The notes under the pieces are model-generated. The model saw only the letters and a list, made by a program, of their open reading frames with translations. It was not told the DNA's origin and searched no databases. Of a stretch of 64,000 bases of DNA, positions 11,663-20,613 are shown piece after piece (the stretch's first letter is position 1; every line of letters begins with the position of its first letter). A program made the translations under genes and the position numbers. Source of the DNA: an uncultured delta proteobacterium (GTDB lineage Bacteria > Desulfobacterota > Binatia > UBA9968); NCBI GenBank assembly GCA_963755715.1, contig CAVWLW010000063.1, forward strand, positions 38,914-102,913, written 5' to 3'.

Positions 11663-12001
11663 ATGGAAAAACCAAGAATCAGGCATATCGCAATCAACGT
11701 CGAAGATCTCGACAAGACCGCAGAGTACTACAAAAAAGTTTTCGGCATGGAAGAAAAACATCGGCGGCCTGGGGGAACTATTTATCTATCCGACGGCCAT
11801 CTCGATCTCGCGCTCATCCATACCGAGAAATATCCGTGGGGAATCCACCACTTTGGTTTCAAGGTCGATAGCGTCAAAGAAATCGAGAAAATTGCCGACA
11901 CGAAAGCCGAGGACAACACCTACGGAGCCATTGCGGAAAGTTGGATCAAAGACGCCGAAGGCAACCGCGTCGACGTGTCCGAGCACGGCTGGCCGATCTA
12001 G
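11663..12001 (+). CDS. VOC/glyoxalase family protein
   Basis: IRHIAINVEDL, GIHHFGFKV, KDAEGNRVDV; AGGAGG RBS. Confidence 0.9.
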   Translation: MEKPRIRHIAINVEDLDKTAEYYKKVFGMEEKHRRPGGTIYLSDGHLDLALIHTEKYPWGIHHFGFKVDSVKEIEKIADTKAEDNTYGAIAESWIKDAEGNRVDVSEHGWPI

Positions 12002-12130
12002 CAGCCCTGCTGAAAAAGACTCATATGCTTCGTTGCGCTCGATCGCCTCGCGTCAACGTACTGCCGATGTACGCCTCCGCTCGTCGATTTTTCGCGCGCC
12101 TCGCCTCTGAGATCTTTTTGAGCAGCCTGC
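12001..12130. mobile_element. MITE-like element with IS5/IS1182-style ends
   Basis: Left GCAGCCCTGCTGAAAAAGA and right TCTTTTTGAGCAGCCTGC are imperfect inverted repeats; left end overlaps CTAG containing the VOC stop. Confidence 0.6.
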
Positions 12131-12150
12131 AATCCAAGTTTTTCCGCACC

Positions 12151-13101
12151 CTAAGAGTCCGATTCCACGCCGCGTTAATTTTGTTCTTTCTGGTGCTGGT
12201 GCATGGGCTTGCAACGGCGCAGAGCCCGCCGAAGGTTAGCGTCGCTTATGCTGCCATTAGCCCCATATTCGCGGGGGTATGGATGGCGCAGGAGATCGGC
12301 GCCTTTGAAAAGCATGGGCTAAAATCGGAATTGGTCTACATAAGCTCCGGAAGCATCACCGTCCAGGCCATGGTCGGTGGCAATTTGGACATGAGCGTTG
12401 CCGCAAGCAACGCTGTGGTGAGCTCGATCTTGCGCGGAGCGCCGCTGGTGGCCGTCGGCAGTATCACCAACCGGCCCGCCATGAGTTTGTTCGTCCAATC
12501 GGAAATCTCCAGACCCGATCAGCTTCAAGGCAAAGCGCTCGCGATCACCCGGCACGGGTCATCGACACATTTTTTAACTCTCTTCGTCCTCGAAAAGCTC
12601 GGTCTGAAAGACAAGGTTAAGATTCAGCCCATGGGCGGCACGAGGGAAGTCGACGCGGCCGTCCGTACCGGCATGGTTGCGGGAGCCGTGCGCAGCATGA
12701 AGCCGGGTCCAAAGACGCACATGCTAGTCGACTTGCCGGATCTAGGAATTCCTTTCTCGATGGATCTCATCGCGGTGAAGCGGGATTTCTACAAGAACTC
12801 GCCGCGCACGGTAGAGGCGATGTTGAAAGCTTACATCGAAGGCGTCGCCGCGCTGAAAACCAGAAAAGAGCTAGCCTACAAAGTTCTGGGAAAATACCTG
12901 CTCGGCGCGAGTGATTCGCTGGACGAGGCCTACGAATACGCCATCAAATATCTCGATCGTCAAGCGAGGATAGATCCGGCGGTGATTCAAACGGTGCTCA
13001 ATTGGGAGAACAAAGGCGACACGCCGGTCAATGAGTTTTTCGACAATTCGGCTGTCGATCGGATTATCAAAGAGGGATTCGTCGAGCGGTTATACAAGTA
13101 G
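12151..13101 (+). CDS. NMT1/THI5-like ABC substrate-binding protein (start uncertain)
   Basis: Hydrophobic signal then AYAAISPIFAGVWMAQEIGAFEKHG; in-frame ATGs lie in the upstream element; paralog of 14774..15739. Confidence 0.85.
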   Translation, partial: LRVRFHAALILFFLVLVHGLATAQSPPKVSVAYAAISPIFAGVWMAQEIGAFEKHGLKSELVYISSGSITVQAMVGGNLDMSVAASNAVVSSILRGAPLVAVGSITNRPAMSLFVQSEISRPDQLQGKALAITRHGSSTHFLTLFVLEKLGLKDKVKIQPMGGTREVDAAVRTGMVAGAVRSMKPGPKTHMLVDLPDLGIPFSMDLIAVKRDFYKNSPRTVEAMLKAYIEGVAALKTRKELAYKVLGKYLLGASDSLDEAYEYAIKYLDRQARIDPAVIQTVLNWENKGDTPVNEFFDNSAVDRIIKEGFVERLYK

Positions 13102-13116
13102 CCGCTGGAGATCGTT

Positions 13117-13824
13117 ATGAAGCGAGCAGAGTGGAGAAAAGAGCTGGGAGAGCTGGTGCGTGACGCGATGCGCTCACCTGAGCTGGATCACTATTTCAAA
13201 GTGAAAATCACCAAGCCGGGCGCGCAGATCTTGATCACGCAGCTCGGTCTTTTTATTCATCACCGCCGTGACTGTTGGTCGCATGTGTCGGGCAACTGCC
13301 CGCATATGTCGGTGAAACAAAAAATTCTCCAGCATGAATACGGCGAAGTCATCAAGGACAATTACACCGAGCACGGCCACATGGAGCTGATCGTTCGGCA
13401 AGGCAAGGCGCTCGACCTGACTCCTGAGCAGGTGATGAATGTCGAGCCGCTGCCATCGACCATGGCCACGCTTTATGCCTGGGCTTGGATGACCCGCGAG
13501 AAGAGTTGGCTCGAAGGGCTCGCTTCTCTGACAATCACCGAGTGGGCCAACGATGACCGGTTGCTGCACGATGTCGGCGGCGGGCTGTCGAGCCGCATGG
13601 CCAAACGCTGGATGGACGATCTCGGCTTTGGCTGGGAGCAGATGCCGAACTTCAAAGTGCACAGCGAGGCAGACGAAGAGCACAGCGACATGTTTCTGGA
13701 GGATCTGGAAAAATTCGCCACGGGTGAGAAGGAGACGCAAGTCTACCAAGCAGCGAAGGAATCCATGGACCTGCTGAAAATATTTCGCGGCGGGATAGCG
13801 AAGGAAATGGAGAGATTCGGTTAG
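13117..13824 (+). CDS. Heme-oxygenase-like iron-redox protein, copy 2
   Basis: HRRDCW..GNCP, HEYGE..GH, TEW, VHSEADEEH; 235 aa intact. Confidence 0.85.
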   Translation: MKRAEWRKELGELVRDAMRSPELDHYFKVKITKPGAQILITQLGLFIHHRRDCWSHVSGNCPHMSVKQKILQHEYGEVIKDNYTEHGHMELIVRQGKALDLTPEQVMNVEPLPSTMATLYAWAWMTREKSWLEGLASLTITEWANDDRLLHDVGGGLSSRMAKRWMDDLGFGWEQMPNFKVHSEADEEHSDMFLEDLEKFATGEKETQVYQAAKESMDLLKIFRGGIAKEMERFG

Positions 13825-13869
13825 CGCGGTGATAAGGTGCCGCGTTTTCATCGGAGAAACCCCGCCAAA

Positions 13870-13949
13870 TTTGAAAAAGGGGGTAAGGGGGATTTGGCGC
13901 TGACGATGAAAAAGAAAATCCCCCTTCATCCCCCTTTTTCAAAGGGGGA
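13870..13949. repeat. CCCCCTTT/AAAGGGGG-type palindromic repeat
   Basis: TTTGAAAAAGGGGGTAAGGGGGATTT pairs with AAATCCCCCTTCATCCCCCTTTTTCAAA; related copy at 43898. Confidence 0.75.
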
Positions 13950-14037
13950 GTTTAGGAGCTCGAAGCTTTAGTTTTTGAGCCAGTAACAATGTCAAGCTGC
14001 TTCACCGGTGCATGAACATTAACTAGGAGTATTTAGG

Positions 14038-14744
14038 ATGAATGCGAACGAATGGTCCGCCGCTTTCGGCGAGTTGGCACGGCAAACAATGTCTTCGGCG
14101 GAACTGGAACGGTATTTTTCAATTCCAATTACTAAAGCCCGCGCGCAAATTATTCTGCAGCAACTTTCGCTTTACGTGCGCCACCGGCGCGATTGTTGGG
14201 CTTTTGTCTCGGGCAACTCGCCGGTCCTATCAGTGAAGCAAAAGATACTCGGCCACGAGTATGAAGAGGTGATTCGTGATCAACACTCGGAGCATGGCCA
14301 CTTGGATTTGATTTTTCGCCAAGGGAAATGCATCGGGCTCGGTGCCGACGACATCCTGAATACCAAGCCGATTCCCAGCACCACCGCGACGCTCTACTCT
14401 TGGGGCTGGATGTGCAAGAAAAAGAATTGGCTCGAAGGGCTGGCGGCGATGACGATGACCGAATGGAATCAGGACGATCGACTGCTGGGAGATTTGGGCG
14501 GTGGCCACGCCTTTCGCATGGGGCAGCGGTGGGTCGAGCACTGGGCATCACGTGGGACGATCTGCCGAATTGGAAAGCGCACCGCGAGGCCGACAAGGGC
14601 CATGTCGATATGTTTCTTCCCGTCTGGGAGGAATTCGGCAAAGGCGAAAACGAAAAAATGATCTTGCAGGCGGCGAAAGAGTCGGAAGAATTATACCGCG
14701 TCTATCAAGCAGGTCTTGCCGATGCCATGGAACGACTGGTTTGA
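14038..14744 (+). CDS. Heme-oxygenase-like iron-redox protein, copy 3 (frameshift ~14540)
   Basis: HRRDCW..GNSP, HEYEE..GH, TEW, AHREADKGH. Confidence 0.8.
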
Positions 14745-14773
14745 TCGATTGAAGACTTCCTGAGGTTTTACGG

Positions 14774-15739
14774 ATGCGGATTTTTCGACTCGCAATACTG
14801 CCTTTGATTCTTCTTGCTACAACTCAAACCGTTCGCTCCGCTGAAATTGCCAAAGAAAAAATCACGTTCGCTTACGCCTCCATCAGTCCGAGTATGTCGG
14901 CCGTCTGGATGGCGAAAGAGATTGGCGCGTTCGAAAGAAACGGGTTGAATGCCGAGCTGGTTTACATCAGCTCGGGCGCCACGACGATCCAGGCGTTGGT
15001 GGGCGGCAGCGTTCAAGCCGCGCTGGGCGCGAGCAACGCGGTGGTCGCTGCCACCCTCAAGGGCGCGCCGATCATCGCCGTCGGGGGCAACAGCAGCCGC
15101 CCCGGCATGCAGCTTTGGGTGCAGCCGGAGATTCAGCGCGCGGAACAATTACAGGGAAAGACGCTTGCCATCACCCGTTTTGGCTCGACGAGCGACTTCG
15201 TGACTCGGCTGATTCTGCGAAAACTGAATCTCGAAGGAAAGACGGAACTGCGCCAGTTCGGCGGCGTGGTGGAAGCCGATATGGGGTTTCGTGCGCGTCA
15301 GGCAGAAGGGCGAGTCTCATCTCAGGCGCCGGGGCCGAAGGCAAGAATGCTGGTGGACGCCGCGGAACTCGGCATTCCTTTTTCAATGAATCTGTTGGCC
15401 GTGAGCAACGATTATTTACAAAAATCGCCGAAGTCGGTGGACGCGATCGTCAGAGCTTATATCGAAGGAATCGCAGCGCTGAAGACGCGAAAAGCGCAAG
15501 CGCTCAAGTTGTTCGAGAAATACATGGGGCAGCGCGGCGGCAGCGCCGAGATGCACCATGATTTTGTCATGAGATATTTGGATTCTGTTCCGCGCATCGA
15601 TCCGGCGGCGGTGGATACGGTGCTCGAAATGGTCGGCGCCAAAGGCGCGCCCAAAGACAGGCTTTACGATAACACCATCATCGATCGGCTGATTCACGAA
15701 GGTTTCACCGACAAGCTTTACAAAGGAGCAAAGCCATGA
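14774..15739 (+). CDS. NMT1/THI5-like ABC substrate-binding protein
   Basis: Signal peptide, WMAKEIGAFERNG, LQGKTLAITRFGS. Confidence 0.9.
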   Translation: MRIFRLAILPLILLATTQTVRSAEIAKEKITFAYASISPSMSAVWMAKEIGAFERNGLNAELVYISSGATTIQALVGGSVQAALGASNAVVAATLKGAPIIAVGGNSSRPGMQLWVQPEIQRAEQLQGKTLAITRFGSTSDFVTRLILRKLNLEGKTELRQFGGVVEADMGFRARQAEGRVSSQAPGPKARMLVDAAELGIPFSMNLLAVSNDYLQKSPKSVDAIVRAYIEGIAALKTRKAQALKLFEKYMGQRGGSAEMHHDFVMRYLDSVPRIDPAAVDTVLEMVGAKGAPKDRLYDNTIIDRLIHEGFTDKLYKGAKP

Positions 15740-16446
15740 CGGAAAAACAGTGGCACGAGTGTCTAGGGGAATTGGTGCGCGACTATATTCGTTCGCCCGA
15801 GCTGGAATTTTATTTTTCGATCAAGATGAACAAGCCCCGGGCCGCCGTCATGGTGAAACAGCAGAGCTTGTTTGTGCGCCATCGGCGCGACTGCTGGGCA
15901 CATGTGTCGGCCAATTGCCCGGTGCTGGGCGTCAAGCAGCGCATCTTGGAGCATGAATACGAGGAAATTATCCGCGACGATTTTTCCGACTACGGCCATC
16001 TTCATCTCATTATTCGGCAAGGAAAATCAGTCGGTCTCGAGCCCGAGGAAATTATCCGTGCGGAACCTTTGCCGGAAACTCTTGCGACGCTTTATGCCTG
16101 GTCGTGGATGACCAGCGAGATGCCTTGGACCGAGTCGCTTGCCGGCATGACGATCACCGAATGGTGCAACGATGACCGGCTGCTCGGCGATTTAGGCGGC
16201 GGGCAGTCGACGCGCATGGCAAAAAAATGGATGGAGGACATGGGCTTTACCTGGAAAGAGATTCCCAACCTGCAGGCGCACAGCCAGGCGGACGAGAAGC
16301 ACAGCGATATGTTTTTGCCGTTTCTCGCCGAATACGCCACCGGCAATAAAGAAGCGCCGGCGATTCAAGCCGCGAAAGACTCTTTGGCGTTTAATGCGAT
16401 GTATCGCAAGGGTATCGCGCTGGCGCAGGAAAAGATTCCGCTGTGA
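15736..16446 (+). CDS. Heme-oxygenase-like iron-redox protein, copy 4
   Basis: HRRDCW..ANCP, HEYEE..GH, TEW, AHSQADEKH; ATGA overlap with the upstream SBP. Confidence 0.85.
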   Translation: MTEKQWHECLGELVRDYIRSPELEFYFSIKMNKPRAAVMVKQQSLFVRHRRDCWAHVSANCPVLGVKQRILEHEYEEIIRDDFSDYGHLHLIIRQGKSVGLEPEEIIRAEPLPETLATLYAWSWMTSEMPWTESLAGMTITEWCNDDRLLGDLGGGQSTRMAKKWMEDMGFTWKEIPNLQAHSQADEKHSDMFLPFLAEYATGNKEAPAIQAAKDSLAFNAMYRKGIALAQEKIPL

Positions 16447-17480
16447 TATCTTTTCAAAAGTTTCATTTTTCAAGAATAATTGCCGCGCTCTTTGTGTCGC
16501 TCGCACTGCTCGGAGCGTTGCCTTGCAGCGCTTTCGCCGCGGACGCGAAAATCATCGAAGCAGCCAAGAAGGAAGGCGAGCTCGCTTGGTGGAGCACCAT
16601 CGCCCAGGATCAGTCGCAGAAAATCGTCGACGAGTTCATGAAACTCTATCCGTTCATCAAAGCGAGCTATTGGCGCAGCGGCAGCGTAGGATTGCACAAC
16701 AAGATCTTGATCGAAGCTCGGGCAGGTCGTTCGAGTTGGGATGTGGTATCGCAGACCACGCCGGAATTTATTTTCGATCTTAAACAGAAAAAATTGATCG
16801 CGCCTTACAATTCTCCGGAGCGCGGCCAGTTCAGCGCGGATCTAAAAGATCGAGAGGGCTATTGGACGGGAACCTATGCGTTACCAACGGGCCTGGGCTT
16901 CAATACTCAACAGGTGAAGAAGGAAGACGCGCCCAAGAGTTACAAAGACCTGCTCGACGGCAAGTGGAAGGGCGGCAAGATTTCTATCGATGATGAAAAC
17001 TACGAGCTTTTGGTCGGCCTCGAGCAAGCGTGGGGGAAAAAGCCCGCCGTAGAATATTTGAAAGCTTTAGCGGCGCAAGCGCCGACGATAGGGCGAGGAG
17101 CGACTCAACGAACCCAGCTCTTGGCGGTCGGTGAATTTCCGCTGGCGATTTCCTATACGCACACGGTCGAGTGGTCTAAGTCTCAAGGCACCTCGGTCGA
17201 TTGGGTCAACTTGGAGCCGGTGGTGATCAAGTTTGACGGCATCATGCTCGGCGCCAAGGCGGCGCATCCGAACGCCGCGAAACTATTTATCGACTTTGTC
17301 CTGTCGCAAGCCGGGCAGGAACTATTACAGAGTTTTAGCCGGGTCACGCTCCGCAACGGCGTGGAGCCCAATCCGCCGCGATTGATAAAAGGGTTCAAAC
17401 GCGTTGTCCTTCATCCGGAAAAAGCCCAGGATGCCCAAGAGAGCCTGAAGCTTTATCGGGAAATATTTGGTCTGCCATGA
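16443..17480 (+). CDS. Fe3+/AfuA-like extracellular solute-binding protein
   Basis: Signal peptide, AAKKEGELAWW, PKSYKDLLDGKWKG, AAHPNAAKLFIDF. Confidence 0.9.
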   Translation: MISFQKFHFSRIIAALFVSLALLGALPCSAFAADAKIIEAAKKEGELAWWSTIAQDQSQKIVDEFMKLYPFIKASYWRSGSVGLHNKILIEARAGRSSWDVVSQTTPEFIFDLKQKKLIAPYNSPERGQFSADLKDREGYWTGTYALPTGLGFNTQQVKKEDAPKSYKDLLDGKWKGGKISIDDENYELLVGLEQAWGKKPAVEYLKALAAQAPTIGRGATQRTQLLAVGEFPLAISYTHTVEWSKSQGTSVDWVNLEPVVIKFDGIMLGAKAAHPNAAKLFIDFVLSQAGQELLQSFSRVTLRNGVEPNPPRLIKGFKRVVLHPEKAQDAQESLKLYREIFGLP

Positions 17481-18442
17481 GCGCGCTGCGCACTTATCTA
17501 ATTGCGCTGGTCATCAGCCTATGGGTTTCCGGGGCCGGCTTGGTCCGCGCCGAAAAAATCATCTTTGCCTATCCAAGTCCTTCGACGAGTTTTTTGCCTT
17601 TGGTCGTGGCGCAAAAGAAGGGTTTCTTCGATCCGGAAAACCTGCAACCGGAATTGGTGCAGATTCGCCCCGCGGTCGCCATTCCCGGCCTAACCCTTGG
17701 CAGCGTCGATTACACCACGGTGCTCGGCAGCACGATCGCGGCGCGCATGCGTGGCGTGCCCCTCGTCATCACCGGCGTGTTCGCCGACAAGCCGATGGAC
17801 TTTTTGGTCGGAGCGAAAGGAATCGCGTCACCAAAAGATCTCAAGGGCAAAATTATCGGGATCAGCGCTTTGGGCACCGCCACACACTTCTTGACGGTAA
17901 GAGTTCTTAAAGCGGTCGGCCTCGACCCGGAAAAAGATGTGACCCTGCGCGCGGTGGGCGACGAGGGACTACGCTTGCAAGCGCTGAGCACGGGGTTGGT
18001 GCAGGCTTCACTATTAGGCTCGCAAGGCGTGATCGAAGGTGAAAAAGCCGGCCTTAAAGTGATCGTCGCAGCAGCGGACGTGATTGAGAGTCTTCCTTTC
18101 GCCGGCGTCACAACCACTCTGGCCAAACTCAAAGAAAATCCCCAGCAGATCAAAAGAGTCTTGCGCGCGGGACTGCGCGGCCTTCGGTATGTTCAAGATA
18201 ATAAAGCCGGAACGGTCGACGTGATTCAGAGCTGGTATCGAGTCGAACGCGAAATCGCCGCGTCGACCTACGATCTGGCCCGCAAGTCTTTTAGTGCGAA
18301 CGGAGAGGTAAACGAGAAAGGGATCTTGCTCAGCATGGAATTTGCGCGCACGAGCGGGAAGTTTGAGAAAGAAATTTCTCCCTTGGAAATCATTGATTTC
18401 AACCTGTTGCGCGAGGTGAAAAAGGAGCTCGGGTGGCGCTGA
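17477..18442 (+). CDS. NMT1/THI5-like ABC substrate-binding protein
   Basis: Signal peptide, YPSPSTSFLPLVVAQKKGFF; paralog of 2073..3058. Confidence 0.9.
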   Translation: MSALRTYLIALVISLWVSGAGLVRAEKIIFAYPSPSTSFLPLVVAQKKGFFDPENLQPELVQIRPAVAIPGLTLGSVDYTTVLGSTIAARMRGVPLVITGVFADKPMDFLVGAKGIASPKDLKGKIIGISALGTATHFLTVRVLKAVGLDPEKDVTLRAVGDEGLRLQALSTGLVQASLLGSQGVIEGEKAGLKVIVAAADVIESLPFAGVTTTLAKLKENPQQIKRVLRAGLRGLRYVQDNKAGTVDVIQSWYRVEREIAASTYDLARKSFSANGEVNEKGILLSMEFARTSGKFEKEISPLEIIDFNLLREVKKELGWR

Positions 18443-18526
18443 CCGTGCTTTTGCAGAAGCGCGAAGATGAAGGTATGGTGGACACACTGATAATTTTTTT
18501 GAAAGAGCAACAAAGGGGAGGTCACT

Positions 18527-19225
18527 ATGAGTCTCTGGCCAAAAGTGCGCGAAGAACTGAACACGATTGTGAACCGTCATTTTGAAACGCCGGAGTACCG
18601 GCAGTTGTTTGCGGTGAAACTGACTCCCGCGCGGCAAGCGATCTGGGATGTGCATTATCCGCACTACATCAAGAGCCGGCGCGATTGCTGGGGCGCGGCA
18701 GCGGTGAAGGCGCCGCTCGATGTGAAGCGCGCGATCTGGGAGCACGAGAAAGACGAGTTGATTTATGACGCACGGATGGGATCGGCGCACTTGACCGACC
18801 AGCAGATGGCCGAAGCCGCCGCGGAAGCGAATTTACTTCCCGGCGTGCGCGCGGCGCTCATGGCTTGGATGTATTTGTCGACGACGAGCCCGTGGATCGA
18901 AGCCTTGACGGTCAATCACATTACCGAGCGCAAGAACAACCCGGCGATCGTCAAAGGCGGCGGTTTCACGGCGCGCTTTGCGCACAAGCGAGTCGCCGAT
19001 CAGGGCGGCACGATCGAGGGTCTCGACATCAACACCAAAGTTCACATGGTGGCGGATGAAGATCATTCCGACATGTTCGAGCCGATCTACGATCGCCACA
19101 TTACCGATGAGCGGACAGCGCAGGCAGTGATTCGCTCGGCGCTCGACAGTCTCGCCGTCGATCGCGCTTATCGCAGTGCGTTAGCCACCGCGATGGCTCA
19201 GATCGAGGAATCGGCGGCGGCGTGA
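18527..19225 (+). CDS. Heme-oxygenase-like iron-redox protein, divergent copy 5
   Basis: SRRDCWG, WEHEKDE...SAH, ITER, VHMVADEDH; GGAGG RBS. Confidence 0.75.
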   Translation: MSLWPKVREELNTIVNRHFETPEYRQLFAVKLTPARQAIWDVHYPHYIKSRRDCWGAAAVKAPLDVKRAIWEHEKDELIYDARMGSAHLTDQQMAEAAAEANLLPGVRAALMAWMYLSTTSPWIEALTVNHITERKNNPAIVKGGGFTARFAHKRVADQGGTIEGLDINTKVHMVADEDHSDMFEPIYDRHITDERTAQAVIRSALDSLAVDRAYRSALATAMAQIEESAAA

Positions 19226-19314
19226 AGGATCAGTTTCGAGTTTCAAGAACCACAAGAAACTGAATGGAGGCCGGGCGACGGTTGCCTCTGATGTCATCCA
19301 CGATGGGAACGATC

Positions 19315-19352
19315 GAGAAGGGGGTGCCGCTTGCTTGGGCACCCCCTCTTTT
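19315..19352 (+). terminator. Putative intrinsic terminator
   Basis: GGGGGTGCC-loop-GGCACCCCC hairpin followed by TCTTTT. Confidence 0.6.
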
Positions 19353-19443
19353 GTCTTCAAGATGAAATCGCCCGGGGCGTAACGGCAACCAGGCGGCGCG
19401 CGCTGGTCATCTTGTGCGGCGTTAACAATTTTCAGAAATCGCT

Positions 19444-20586
19444 ATGGAAATAAAATTCGGTCTGATCAGTTCCGATTCGCACGGCCAGCTTGGCAAGGAC
19501 GCCTATACAAGCCGCATGTCCGAGCAAAAGTGGGGAGAAAAAATCCCGCACTTGGTCGAGGTTCGGGAAGACAAGTTTCCTTTTCCCGTCGAGCGCTGGA
19601 TGGTCAACGGCGAGATTCAAGGCGGCAACGTTTGTAATTGTCCGACGGCGATGAAACAGCGGAGCTACTATCCACAGCGCTGGGAGGAAGTTCCTCTCGA
19701 AGTCTACGATCCCGCGCGTCGCCTCGAAGCGCTGGACAGAGACCGGGTCGATGGCGAAGTTTTGTTTCCCAACGGACCGGGTGGCACTTTCTTCTACGGC
19801 GACCCGGAGTTCGAGCTTGACTGCGTCAGGGCCTATAACGACGCGCTCGCCGAATTTCGCCGGGTGAGCGACCGCTTCATTCCGCTTGCCGCGGTGCCTT
19901 ACATGAGTTCCATCGAAACGATCGTCGGCGAGGTGGAGCGCGCCGTTCAAACCGGCCACATGGGCATCAACATGTTGGCGGATCCGAGCGTCGCGGTGCA
20001 AGGTCTCAAAAATCTCAGCGATCCTTTTTGGCATCCGCTGTGGAATATTTGCCAGGAGCTTGGCGTCGGCGTCCATTTACATGCGTCTGCCGGGCTCGCT
20101 GGAAAGTTGTCATTGCCCCAATGGAAAGGCTACACGCGGCGACAGTCGCATTGCGTCTCGACGCTGCGCAATTTCTGCACGGCTACGCAGTTCGTGCCGT
20201 ATTTGATTTTTTCCGGCATGCTCGACAAATTTCCTCGGCTCAACTGGGTCTTTGCTGAAACGGGGCTAGGCTGGGTGAGCTCGGTTCTGGAGGCTTGCGA
20301 TTGCGAATGGGAAAAGCGCCACCTTTGGACCGAAGGGATTCTTACTCGGCCCAGCGAGCTGTTTCGGCGCCAGATCTACGTCGATTTCTGGTTCGAAACG
20401 GTCGGCATCCAACTGCGTGATTGCATCGGCGTCGACAATATTCTTTGGGAATCCGACTTTCCGCACATCACTTCCACATATCCGAACTCCTGGAACGCCG
20501 TCGAGCATTCGCTGGCAGGTGTTTCAGCCGCCGATCGCGAAAAAGTGTTGTTTCGCAACGCCGCGCGGTTGTATCGATTGACGTAG
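19444..20586 (+). CDS. Amidohydrolase_2 family protein
   Basis: ISSDSH, DRVDGEVLFP, AYND, HLH, FAETG, ILWESDFPH, NAARLY. Confidence 0.9.
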   Translation: MEIKFGLISSDSHGQLGKDAYTSRMSEQKWGEKIPHLVEVREDKFPFPVERWMVNGEIQGGNVCNCPTAMKQRSYYPQRWEEVPLEVYDPARRLEALDRDRVDGEVLFPNGPGGTFFYGDPEFELDCVRAYNDALAEFRRVSDRFIPLAAVPYMSSIETIVGEVERAVQTGHMGINMLADPSVAVQGLKNLSDPFWHPLWNICQELGVGVHLHASAGLAGKLSLPQWKGYTRRQSHCVSTLRNFCTATQFVPYLIFSGMLDKFPRLNWVFAETGLGWVSSVLEACDCEWEKRHLWTEGILTRPSELFRRQIYVDFWFETVGIQLRDCIGVDNILWESDFPHITSTYPNSWNAVEHSLAGVSAADREKVLFRNAARLYRLT

Positions 20587-20613
20587 CTAGTCTACCAACG
20601 GCAAAAGTTAAAC

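Noticed and set aside
10776-19225. PQQ, thiamine-salvage or RiPP biosynthetic cluster
   Set aside because: No pqqA/B/D/E, thi genes or convincing precursor peptide were found in the intergenic gaps.
19226-19443. ncRNA or small peptide after HDO copy 5
   Set aside because: Only a terminator-like hairpin is evident; there is no recognisable riboswitch or RBS-backed ORF.
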